From the NCBI GenBank assembly GCA_002710745.1, contig PALW01000062.1, forward strand, positions 1 through 50,689: 50,689 nucleotides of DNA. Direction: 5' to 3'. The translations under genes and the position numbers were made by a program. The DNA is from Porticoccaceae bacterium. Its GTDB lineage: Bacteria > Pseudomonadota > Gammaproteobacteria > Pseudomonadales > Porticoccaceae. The notes under the pieces are model-generated. The model ran no database searches and was not told the origin of the DNA. It worked only from the letters and a program-made list of their open reading frames with translations. Below, piece by piece: positions 27,751 through 36,347 of the stretch. The first letter of the stretch is position 1. Each line of letters begins with the position of its first letter.

Positions 27751-28866
27751 ATGAATTTACATGACAAAATATTTGTTGCGGGACACCTAGGATTGGTTGG
27801 ATCGAATATTCTAAAAAGATTGCAAGATATGGGGTTTACGAATTTATTAGTTAGAACTCATAAAGATTTAGATCTTACTGTCCAAGCTGATGTAAATGAA
27901 TTCTTTTTATCAGAAAAACCATGCTATGTAATATTGGCCGCAGGAAAAGTTGGAGGTATCCTCGCGAACAATACATATCCTGCCGATTTTATTTATAAAA
28001 ATATAATGATTCAGGCAAATGTAATAGAGGCTTCATTTAAAAGTGATGTTAAAAAGCTCTTATTTTTGGGGAGTACATGTATCTATCCAAAACAAGTACC
28101 CCAACCTATGAGTGAGACCGCTCTGCTTACAAATACTCTGGAACCAACGAATGAACCTTATGCTTTGGCTAAGATCGCGGGTATAAAGCTTTGTGAGTCT
28201 TATAATCGACAATATGGTACTGATTATCGATCTGTGATGCCTACTAATCTTTATGGGGAAAATGATAATTTTCATTTAGAAAACTCGCATGTAATCCCTG
28301 CAATAATGAGAAAATTTCATTTAGCAAAATGCATAGAAACAAATAACTGGGATCTATTGAGAGAGGATCTAAGGAATACTCCTATTGCGGGAGTTTCATT
28401 CTCTAGTTCCGAGAATTTAATTCTTAAAGCCCTCAATGACAATGGCATTTCTGTTAAAAGAACTGGCTCGAGTCAACATCTAGAGGTTTCAGTTTCTATT
28501 TGGGGAACTGGTCAAGTGAGGCGAGAATTCTTACATGTTGATGATATGGTTTCAGGATCAATTTTTTTGTTAACTTTGGATAAAGAGTCCTATAAATCTA
28601 ATACTCGTCCTATGCTATCTCATGTCAATATTGGTACTGGTAAAGATATCACCATCAAAGATTTGGCTGAGACTTTGAAAGATATTTGTAAGTTTAAGGG
28701 AACTATTTGCTTCGACCATACTAAACCAGATGGACCAAAACAGAAGTTGACCGATGTTTCCCGTATTAATGAGATGGGATGGTCTTACAAAATTTTATTG
28801 AAGGACGGTTTGAGGCAAACCTACAATAATTACACAAAAAAACTTAGTAGCCGGAGAAGCGTCTGA
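27751..28866 (+). CDS. fcl: GDP-L-fucose synthase (GDP-4-keto-6-deoxymannose 3,5-epimerase/4-reductase) with an internal insertion
   Basis: [60 protein letters not shown] 27751 was chosen; the track ORF starts upstream at 27679. Confidence 0.9.
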   Translation: MNLHDKIFVAGHLGLVGSNILKRLQDMGFTNLLVRTHKDLDLTVQADVNEFFLSEKPCYVILAAGKVGGILANNTYPADFIYKNIMIQANVIEASFKSDVKKLLFLGSTCIYPKQVPQPMSETALLTNTLEPTNEPYALAKIAGIKLCESYNRQYGTDYRSVMPTNLYGENDNFHLENSHVIPAIMRKFHLAKCIETNNWDLLREDLRNTPIAGVSFSSSENLILKALNDNGISVKRTGSSQHLEVSVSIWGTGQVRREFLHVDDMVSGSIFLLTLDKESYKSNTRPMLSHVNIGTGKDITIKDLAETLKDICKFKGTICFDHTKPDGPKQKLTDVSRINEMGWSYKILLKDGLRQTYNNYTKKLSSRRSV

Positions 28867-28925
28867 ATTCTCTTTTCAAAGCTCTTTAAGAATTAGTAGC
28901 TAAGGAATAGTAAAGGAAAATAATT

Positions 28926-30659
28926 ATGAGTGTTTTTGGAAAAATTCCCATGCTATGGGGACACTTATCAAAGATTCGAAGAGTGCAGTTTTTCCTCATT
29001 CTCATAATGATGTTGTTTGCTTCTGTTGCTGAGATTTTTAGTCTGGGAGCCGTAATTCCTTTTCTCGCCGCTCTTACCTCACCGGAATTACTTTTCAATG
29101 ATTCTCGAGCTCAACCACTTATAATATTTTTTGGCATTAAGGAACCTAATGAACTTATTTTACCGATAACAATTGTATTTATTGCTGGAGCATTATTAGC
29201 TGGGATTCTAAGAATTTTATTACTTGTCATCATGACCAAATTTTCGTTTTCAACAGGAGCTGACTTGAGTATCGAAATATATCGGCGAACATTATATAAA
29301 CCGTATACTTTTCATCTTGATAACAATAGTAGTGAAGTAATAAATGGAATAATGACAAAGACGAACACGGTTATAGGTGGAATAATTACCCCTACTCTAA
29401 ATTCTATTAGTTCAATAATATTGTTATGTAGTATTCTGTTAACGTTGTTGATCATCAGTCCTTTTATGACTTTATCAGCATTTAGTATTTTCTTCTTGTT
29501 GTACTCAACGATTTTTTTCTTCATGAAGTTTCGTCTCGAATCTAATGGTCATATCATTGCAAAAGAGACTACTAATATGTTTAGAAGCTTAAGAGAAGGA
29601 TTAGGTGCAATCCGAGAGGTAATTATTTTCGGGTCTCAGGAGTTTTACGCACAGTATTACCGAAAAGCGGATCTAAAATTCCGAGAGGCTTCTGCGGTAA
29701 ATGTTATAATAACCTCGAGTCCGCGGTTTGCTATGGAAGCTGTCGGAATGAGTGTAATAGCTATTTTGGCCTTTGTTTTGTTTAATAAAGGTAATGGTAA
29801 TGTCGTCCCTTTGCTGGGAGCTCTAGCTCTTGGATCACAAAGGATGCTTCCAGTTTTACAGCTTCTCTATTCCTCTTATTCTACAATTAGTGGCTCTGAC
29901 GCTTCGTTCCAGGATGTACTCAATCTTTTAGGGTCACCTCATGATCATAAAACGGCTGTAATCTCCGGTTCGTTGCCATTTGAAAAACAAATAAGTTTGG
30001 TCGGAGTAAGCTATAGATACAAGGAAAATCTGCCTTATATTTTTAAAGATGTTAATTTAACGATAAAGAAAGGGAGCAAAGTTGGTTTTATTGGAGAAAC
30101 TGGATGCGGGAAAAGCACTTTATTGGATATCATGATGGGACTTTTAAAACCTTCAGAAGGACACATTTACGTGGATGACCAAAAAATTTCTTCGGAAAAT
30201 TATCAACAATGGCACCAAAATATAGCAAATGTGCCTCAATCTATATTTTTAGCAGATACTACAATTCGGGAAAATATAGCATTAGGAGTACCAGAAGAAG
30301 AAATTGATGATCGAAGAGTTGAAAAGGTTGCCAAGCAAGCAAGAATTTACGACACAATAGTAAAATCTGACAAACAGTATGATACTTTCGTAGGAGAGGC
30401 GGGGGTCAGACTGTCAGGTGGTCAAAAACAGCGTATAGGTATTGCCAGAGCTTTGTTCAAGAAACGTAAATTAATAATATTTGATGAGGCCACTAGTGCT
30501 TTAGACGACGAAACCGAGAAAAATGTGATGGAAGAGCTCAATGCTTTAGATGATGATTTGACTATTCTCTTGATTGCTCATCGCGTGTCAACTTTGAGTG
30601 GTTGTGATCATGTTTACCAATTATCTCAGGGTAGCTTAAAAGAGGTAAAGGATTTTTGA
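28926..30659 (+). CDS. Fused TMD-NBD ABC exporter (MsbA/PglK type)
   Basis: N-terminal half has 6 predicted TM helices. NBD carries Walker A GETGCGKST, signature LSGGQKQR, Walker B LIIFDEATSALD and H-loop LIAHR. Confidence 0.85.
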   Translation: MSVFGKIPMLWGHLSKIRRVQFFLILIMMLFASVAEIFSLGAVIPFLAALTSPELLFNDSRAQPLIIFFGIKEPNELILPITIVFIAGALLAGILRILLLVIMTKFSFSTGADLSIEIYRRTLYKPYTFHLDNNSSEVINGIMTKTNTVIGGIITPTLNSISSIILLCSILLTLLIISPFMTLSAFSIFFLLYSTIFFFMKFRLESNGHIIAKETTNMFRSLREGLGAIREVIIFGSQEFYAQYYRKADLKFREASAVNVIITSSPRFAMEAVGMSVIAILAFVLFNKGNGNVVPLLGALALGSQRMLPVLQLLYSSYSTISGSDASFQDVLNLLGSPHDHKTAVISGSLPFEKQISLVGVSYRYKENLPYIFKDVNLTIKKGSKVGFIGETGCGKSTLLDIMMGLLKPSEGHIYVDDQKISSENYQQWHQNIANVPQSIFLADTTIRENIALGVPEEEIDDRRVEKVAKQARIYDTIVKSDKQYDTFVGEAGVRLSGGQKQRIGIARALFKKRKLIIFDEATSALDDETEKNVMEELNALDDDLTILLIAHRVSTLSGCDHVYQLSQGSLKEVKDF

Positions 30660-30862
30660 TTCATTGATTATTCAGCTTGGACAAATGTCATTTAGATGCT
30701 TAATATTTTTTGTTGAGTCACAAAAGGATATAGTTCAATCGGCTCGTTATTGGTAAAAAGTTCATTATTAAATTTATTTGCTCTTTGAATCAGTGCGATA
30801 CTGAGGTGTCTCTGAATTAACATAATATACTCTCGTAACGTGTCACATTTATTAGGCTTGAT

Positions 30863-32200
30863 ATGATTATTTATATCCCAATTGAAATTCCCGTGCGTGA
30901 ACTCCCTGGATATTTGTTGTTCTGTGCATCAGCTAAATCGCGAGGGCACACGGTAGTGATGGCGTCAGGCATAAGTCTCTTCTTACTGCTTCGCTGTAAA
31001 GCGCTTTTGAAAGGCTGTTACCTTATTAAGAACGTAAACATTCCTGATCGATCAAAAAAGGTTTATTCGAGATTTATACATCAAGGTTTTGACCTTTACT
31101 GCCAGGAACAAGAATCGTCAGTACTTTTTGGAAATTTTAAAAGTCATCTTGATGTTTTAAATATCCGCAGTGATCAAGTTATGCCATTCAAGGGAGTTTT
31201 TTGTTGGGGCCAAAGAGATTTCAAGGAGTACAAGAAATTTTTTCACGAGCAAGAACATATATTTCATGATGTCGGTTCTTTGCGGGCAGACATTTGGTCC
31301 ACAAAATATATACAATTAAGAGCAAGTAAAAGATCAGAGGGTCAAAAGCCATATTTACTTTTTGTTTCAAATTTTGGCTATGTCATGGGCAAAAGACATT
31401 GGGCTGAAGAGTCGTTAGTTTCAAGGAGTTTGGAGCATTTTGAAACGTTAAGTCAAGAACAAACTTTTATAAATGCAATTGCACAAGAGAGCAAGATATG
31501 TAGCGAAATGATCAATGCTGTGAAACATCTTTCTCAAAAATACGATCAATATGATATTTTGATTCGACCGCACCCAAGAGATGATATTGATAAATGGAAA
31601 CATATTTTTTGTAACAATAAAAATGTTTTTGTGACGGGTAACGATGATTCAATTAGTCATTGGATTCAAAATGCATGTGCAGTAATACAAAATGGATGTA
31701 CAAGTGCATTAGAGGCTACGTTGCAAAAAGTACCAGTAATAAGTTTTGGGTCTGAAAGGATTTATGATGATCTTAGTATCCCAAACAAGCTTGGTATGAG
31801 AGCAAAGTCCTTACTTGAGTTAGAACAAGTATTAGAAAATATTCTGATACCTCAGAATTATATCCAAAGTCAGGATAAATCTGATGCATTACTAGAACCA
31901 ATTGTATCTAGAAACGGAGACAGCTCTTCAAAGATTTTAAAAATAATGGAGGAGAACAGTCCATCATTGATGCATCAAGAGATTACTTTTGGGGATATGT
32001 TAAAAATAAAGGCAATTTTAGCTACTAAGAGATTTTTTGACTCTCTACGAAGAGTAATTGGAGTAAAAGATTTGGATGTAGATACTTTTGACTTTCGAGA
32101 TAAAATATTAGAGCAAGATCTCAGGATTATCTGCTCAGTTTTAGATCTGAAAGAGCCTGAAGTAACAAGACTAAACAAAAGTTTCCTTCTAATCAGATAA
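30863..32200 (+). CDS. Uncharacterised soluble protein, possibly GT-B-like; candidate ulosonic-acid transferase
   Basis: Long clean ORF after a 203-bp gap. YIPIEIPVRELPGY N-terminus and an ILIRPHPRD / NGCTSALEA pattern reminiscent of HP-motif CMP-sugar transferases and of 'surface carbohydrate biosynthesis' proteins (from memory). Coding status is confident; function is not. Confidence 0.4.
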   Translation: MIIYIPIEIPVRELPGYLLFCASAKSRGHTVVMASGISLFLLLRCKALLKGCYLIKNVNIPDRSKKVYSRFIHQGFDLYCQEQESSVLFGNFKSHLDVLNIRSDQVMPFKGVFCWGQRDFKEYKKFFHEQEHIFHDVGSLRADIWSTKYIQLRASKRSEGQKPYLLFVSNFGYVMGKRHWAEESLVSRSLEHFETLSQEQTFINAIAQESKICSEMINAVKHLSQKYDQYDILIRPHPRDDIDKWKHIFCNNKNVFVTGNDDSISHWIQNACAVIQNGCTSALEATLQKVPVISFGSERIYDDLSIPNKLGMRAKSLLELEQVLENILIPQNYIQSQDKSDALLEPIVSRNGDSSSKILKIMEENSPSLMHQEITFGDMLKIKAILATKRFFDSLRRVIGVKDLDVDTFDFRDKILEQDLRIICSVLDLKEPEVTRLNKSFLLIR

Positions 32201-32217
32201 ACGTATTAAGGGCAACT

Positions 32218-32478
32218 ATGGATCTTGCAGATGATTATCCCGATAGTGATATGATTGGGTGTCGCTTTTTAAAATTCAAGACCACATGCCTTTTGTTTAT
32301 AGTGGCTTGTATATTTCAGTTTAGTTATCTCATCTCCCCTTGGCTCACATTTTTTATTCTTGACTGTGTATTAAGTGTCTACTTACTTAGTCTTTTTCAA
32401 GGTAACTTAAGATACCTGTTTTTTTTTTCATCCTTTGTTTGTTTTTATTTCAGCACCATTTTTTCAGATTCCATATGA
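32218..32478 (+). CDS. Short membrane ORF, probably the 5' fragment of the downstream Wzy-like gene
   Basis: Encodes 2 hydrophobic helices. It runs into the T10 tract and then terminates out of frame, overlapping the next ORF by 44 nt. Confidence 0.35.
   Translation: MDLADDYPDSDMIGCRFLKFKTTCLLFIVACIFQFSYLISPWLTFFILDCVLSVYLLSLFQGNLRYLFFFSSFVCFYFSTIFSDSI
32419..32428. repeat. Homopolymeric T10 tract at the junction of two overlapping membrane-protein ORFs
   Basis: Counted directly: ...cctg tttttttttt catcc.... The ORF2 frame has a TAA at 32408-32410 just upstream and is open from the tract onward. T10 to T9 fuses 32218..33586 into one 455-codon ORF. Confidence 0.95.
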
Positions 32479-33586
32479 CGAAATTGGTGTTGGCTTCACG
32501 TATCTTGACACTTTTAATATGGTAATCGATTCGACAACGCTTGGACTAAGTTCGGGTTTAGGCGAATACTACAGTGATAAAGAATCGGTATTTGGATTTG
32601 GCAAGGTATATTTTGGTATTATCCCGATCATTTTTCTTCCAAATTTAATAGCCATTGAGCCCGAACCTCATTTACTCTATTACTCAATGTCATTGTTTAG
32701 CTTGATTTATGTTGCCTTAGCGGCTTTTGTCTCAAGATTCTATAATATTTTGACTAGTAAAAATTTATTGATAATAGCTCTATATGCTACCGTTTCTCCC
32801 ACTTTTCTTGAAATCAACTCTACTTTGCACAGATACAGCATGCTGATCGGCGGATTGTTTCTGTTTCTGCTGTCTTACATAGGCTTACGAGAAAAGAATA
32901 GATCAAAGAGTGATGTTTTTGGGTTATTGATTTTTACTATTATCTCAATCTTTTTTATTGGCTTTTCAAAACCTCAGATCATTTATGTGCTTATTATGTT
33001 CATAAGTCTTGACTTGTTATTTGCAAACAAGCTCCACTTGATTTCAAGAATTTTTATCCGAATGGATAGGAGATTATTTTTTGTTTTAGTAGTGTTCTTT
33101 CTTCAAATATTTTCTTTATTCATCTTGCCAGAGGAACACAAAAGTATTGCTGCCAACTATGGTGGTCAATTAACAGCTCTTGCTAATGTGCCGATTTTGG
33201 GTTTTATCTTACGTTTAGTATACGCTGTCTTATCTCCTTTTCCTTGGGTAGGTTTTGCTCAGTGGGAGCTCTATGGATTTAATTATATGTTTCTCTTCGT
33301 CCATATTATTTCAGCCTTTCTGGCGGCATGGATTATTTTGTCAGTAATTTTTTCGCTAAATAAGATATGGCAAATTGAATATCAGGATAGATTAATAATC
33401 ATTTTTGGAATTTGTGTGCTTTTTTCTATCAATTTTTCTGCCATTGGATTCCATGTTTATTTAGCACCAGCCCTACCATTTCTATCAATCTTACTTTCTA
33501 ATAAAGGGCTGAGAGTAAATGCTATTTATCCTTTAATATTTTGTATCACTTTGGAGGTTGTGGCTCACATGGCCAGGTTAATATAA
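32435..33586 (+). CDS. Polytopic membrane protein, candidate O-antigen/EPS polymerase (Wzy-like)
   Basis: About 10 predicted hydrophobic helices, very AT/Phe/Ile/Leu-rich, and no transporter motifs. Its position in the variable glycosyltransferase core is typical of wzy. TTG start as drawn in the track. Confidence 0.55.
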   Translation: MFVFISAPFFQIPYDEIGVGFTYLDTFNMVIDSTTLGLSSGLGEYYSDKESVFGFGKVYFGIIPIIFLPNLIAIEPEPHLLYYSMSLFSLIYVALAAFVSRFYNILTSKNLLIIALYATVSPTFLEINSTLHRYSMLIGGLFLFLLSYIGLREKNRSKSDVFGLLIFTIISIFFIGFSKPQIIYVLIMFISLDLLFANKLHLISRIFIRMDRRLFFVLVVFFLQIFSLFILPEEHKSIAANYGGQLTALANVPILGFILRLVYAVLSPFPWVGFAQWELYGFNYMFLFVHIISAFLAAWIILSVIFSLNKIWQIEYQDRLIIIFGICVLFSINFSAIGFHVYLAPALPFLSILLSNKGLRVNAIYPLIFCITLEVVAHMARLI

Positions 33587-33588
33587 AT

Positions 33589-34374
33589 ATGAAAAATGTT
33601 TTGAAAAAGATTTTGTGGTTATTGGCGCAAATAGGTATTCATCCGCTTGTTTTCATAAAATCAGTGAGAGGTTTACCATTTTTCATGAAAGATTGGATTC
33701 ACTTTCGCAAAAGTTATTCAGGCAGGATGAATTTTACTCCTTGTTTGCATGATAGATTTGAAGAGGGAGGAGTAACTAAAAATGAGTATTTTTGGCAAGA
33801 TTTATTAGTGGCGCAGTGGATTCATAGTAATAATCCCCGTAAACACTTAGATGTCGGATCGCGAATTGATGGGTTTGTGGCGCATGTTGCTAGTTTCCGT
33901 GATGTAGAAGTTATTGATATACGGCCTGTGAGCACTCAAATACCTGGTGTCTCATTCTACAAGGGTGATTTAATGAAAGGATTGCCTCTTTTACAAAATA
34001 AAAAAGAGGGAGGATATTGTGATTCATTATCATGCCTGCACACAATTGAGCATTTTGGACTAGGTCGTTATGGAGATGATTTAGATGTTCTTGGTTATCA
34101 AAAAGGTATAGAGAACTTAGCTACCTTGCTGGAGGTTGGAGGTATTTTTTATCTCTCCACCCCAATAGGAAAAGAGAGAGTCGAGTTTAATGCCAACCGG
34201 GTATTTGATCCAAGAACCATTATTGAGGTAGCAAAAAAGAATAAATTATCTCTGGAATCCTTAATAACTATTGAGAATAATCAGCCTCACAACGTATTAA
34301 TTGATGAAGAGATTTTGGGAGCTTTAGCAGAAAAAAAATACAGTTTGGGTATATTCACTTTTAAGAGATTATAA
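33589..34374 (+). CDS. SAM-dependent methyltransferase-like protein (DUF268-type)
   Basis: HLDVGSRIDGFVAHVAS...VEVIDIRP and LSCLHTIEHFGLGRYGD...GGIFYLSTPIG resemble the class-I methyltransferase fold. ATG 33589 follows the upstream stop; the track ORF starts at 33541. Confidence 0.55.
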   Translation: MKNVLKKILWLLAQIGIHPLVFIKSVRGLPFFMKDWIHFRKSYSGRMNFTPCLHDRFEEGGVTKNEYFWQDLLVAQWIHSNNPRKHLDVGSRIDGFVAHVASFRDVEVIDIRPVSTQIPGVSFYKGDLMKGLPLLQNKKEGGYCDSLSCLHTIEHFGLGRYGDDLDVLGYQKGIENLATLLEVGGIFYLSTPIGKERVEFNANRVFDPRTIIEVAKKNKLSLESLITIENNQPHNVLIDEEILGALAEKKYSLGIFTFKRL

Positions 34375-34379
34375 TTATT

Positions 34380-35276
34380 TTGGGTGCGGTAAAAAATAAA
34401 AAAGTCATAGCTAGAATAGTCGGAGGTATAGGTAATCAATTATTTGTTTACGCCGCAGCGCGGAGGTTGGCATTATTAAATGATGCAGAACTAGTTCTCG
34501 ACACCGTTAGTGGTTTTAAATACGATTCAAAATATCAAAGACACTTCCAATTAAGACATTTTTGTCTCGATTTCAGAGAAGCGACATATCGAGAGCGTCT
34601 CGAACCATTCTCAGTTCCTCGACGATACTTTAAGAGGTTGCAGAGTAGAGTTTGGGGGTTTAAAAACACCTTTATTACTGATCCTAAAAATATTTTTGAT
34701 CCTTCAATTTTAAGTTTCAAATTTAGTGGTGAACTATTTTTGGAGGGGTACTGGCAAGATGAGCGATATTTTAAAGATGCTGAATCGGTAATTCGCAAAG
34801 AGTTAAAATTCATACCGCCGACTGACGAATTGAACTTATCTGTCGCAGAAAGCATTCGGAGTAAGCTATCTATAGCCATTCATGTGCGGTTTTTTTTCGA
34901 CCCTGATTCCGGTGAGAATATTAATATGAACTATTACAATTCTGCAATAAGAAGCATGGAGAAAAAGTTTAAAAATGCACATTATTTTTTATTCTCTGAT
35001 AAACCTGATGAGGCTAAGAGAAAGATTAACTTGCCAAATCATAGGTTTACGCTTATTGGTCATAATTTTGGTGACGAAAACAGTTATGCAGATCTATGGT
35101 TAATGAGTCTTTGTGACCATTTTATTATTGCGAATAGCACCTATAGTTGGTGGGGTGCCTGGTTATCTGAGAGTAATGTTAAGTATGTGATTGCACCAAG
35201 TCTTGAGACTCTTGGTTCAGAGGATGCATTTGGTAATTTCAATAGAATCGTCTTGAATGATTGGGATAGAGTTTAG
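34380..35276 (+). CDS. Alpha-1,2-fucosyltransferase (GT11)
   Basis: GT11 motifs GGIGNQLFVYAAA, IAIHVR, YFLFSD and ANSTYSWWGAWL. TTG start. Confidence 0.85.
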   Translation: MGAVKNKKVIARIVGGIGNQLFVYAAARRLALLNDAELVLDTVSGFKYDSKYQRHFQLRHFCLDFREATYRERLEPFSVPRRYFKRLQSRVWGFKNTFITDPKNIFDPSILSFKFSGELFLEGYWQDERYFKDAESVIRKELKFIPPTDELNLSVAESIRSKLSIAIHVRFFFDPDSGENINMNYYNSAIRSMEKKFKNAHYFLFSDKPDEAKRKINLPNHRFTLIGHNFGDENSYADLWLMSLCDHFIIANSTYSWWGAWLSESNVKYVIAPSLETLGSEDAFGNFNRIVLNDWDRV

Positions 35277-35309
35277 TAAAAAATACTGCTTTAAGAAGGA
35301 TTAAGTAAA

Positions 35310-36347
35310 ATGAGTGATGTTGTTCTATGCATTGGACCGTTCAACAAACCCTCCAACGCCTATCTTCGAGCGCTCTCATTTGAAAAACTAGGTTTCAAAG
35401 TTATACGAGTAAATGTGTCTGATGATTACAATGTATCAAGCCTTTTGTTTCGTATTTTAAGGCGATTTTTCTTGCGTCCACTGTTTCGTAGGTCATTGGT
35501 GGAGCTTGTGAAAAAAAATATCAGAAATTATTTGCCATTTTTGATTTTTGTAGAGAAAGGGGTAGATTTTGGAGCTATTGATTTATTAAGTTTTAAGCGA
35601 ATATTACCTTCCCAGTCTAAAATTGTTCATCTAAATCCAGATGATCCATTTGGTTTTTTTAATGCCGGTTGGGATAAGTTTGTATCATCAATTCCTTATT
35701 ACGATTTACATTTTGTTCCCAAGGCAAAAAATGTCGATGAATATATAAATTATTCAGCAAGATCAGTTCATGTCTTTGATCGATCATTTGATCCAAATTA
35801 CCACAGAGCTATATCTTTGACTGAATCGGATATCAAAAAATACCAATGCGATGTGGGCTTCATTGGCTCTTATGCAAAAAAAAGAGAGCAAGTGATATAT
35901 GAGATGGTGCTCGGTGGTGTGGAGGTGGCAATCTGGGGTGCAGGTTGGTCACAAGGAATATATTGGAATACTCTAAGAAATTATTGGCGTGGAGGCACTC
36001 AAACTGGGGAAAATTACATAAAAGCGATTTGTGGAATGAAAATCGCTCTGCACTTTGTTAGACATGAAAATCGTGATTTACATGATAGTCGAACATTTGA
36101 AATTCCAGCTTGTGGAAGCTTTATGTTGGCGGAGAGAACTGATGATCATGAGCGGTTTTTCGCAGAGGATAAAGAAGTTGTCTTGTTTGACTCTGCTGAA
36201 GATTGCATTGATAAGTGTATTTTCTATTTGACAAACGAAGAAGAGCGTTTACAAATATCGATTGCAGGAGAACAGAGAGTTCTGGGGAGTAATTATGATT
36301 ACACTTCCCGATTAAAAGAGATGTTGGGAGTTATTTTAAATGACTAG
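35310..36347 (+). CDS. CgeB-like glycosyltransferase (Glyco_trans_1_2-type C-terminal domain)
   Basis: FIGSYAKKREQ..., FEIPACGSFMLAERTDDHERFF...VVLFDS...LTNEEERLQI resemble the CgeB/DUF3880-type family (from memory). Confidence 0.6.
   Translation: MSDVVLCIGPFNKPSNAYLRALSFEKLGFKVIRVNVSDDYNVSSLLFRILRRFFLRPLFRRSLVELVKKNIRNYLPFLIFVEKGVDFGAIDLLSFKRILPSQSKIVHLNPDDPFGFFNAGWDKFVSSIPYYDLHFVPKAKNVDEYINYSARSVHVFDRSFDPNYHRAISLTESDIKKYQCDVGFIGSYAKKREQVIYEMVLGGVEVAIWGAGWSQGIYWNTLRNYWRGGTQTGENYIKAICGMKIALHFVRHENRDLHDSRTFEIPACGSFMLAERTDDHERFFAEDKEVVLFDSAEDCIDKCIFYLTNEEERLQISIAGEQRVLGSNYDYTSRLKEMLGVILND

Noticed and set aside
30692-30823. 43-codon - strand ORF (MLIQRHLSIALIQRANKFNNELFTNNEPIELYPFVTQQKILSI) in the gap after the ABC exporter. 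It is the only plausible - strand coding potential inside the locus.
   Set aside because: It is too short and has no recognisable motif or RBS. It may be a gene remnant at a recombination junction, but the sequence alone cannot support that.
34880-34887. T8 run inside the GT11 fucosyltransferase, and A8-A9 runs in other genes (8239-8247, 35876-35883), considered as phase-variation tracts.
   Set aside because: All are in frame in intact genes and shorter than the T10 tract. There is no evidence of switching from a single sequence. They are mentioned only as secondary candidates.
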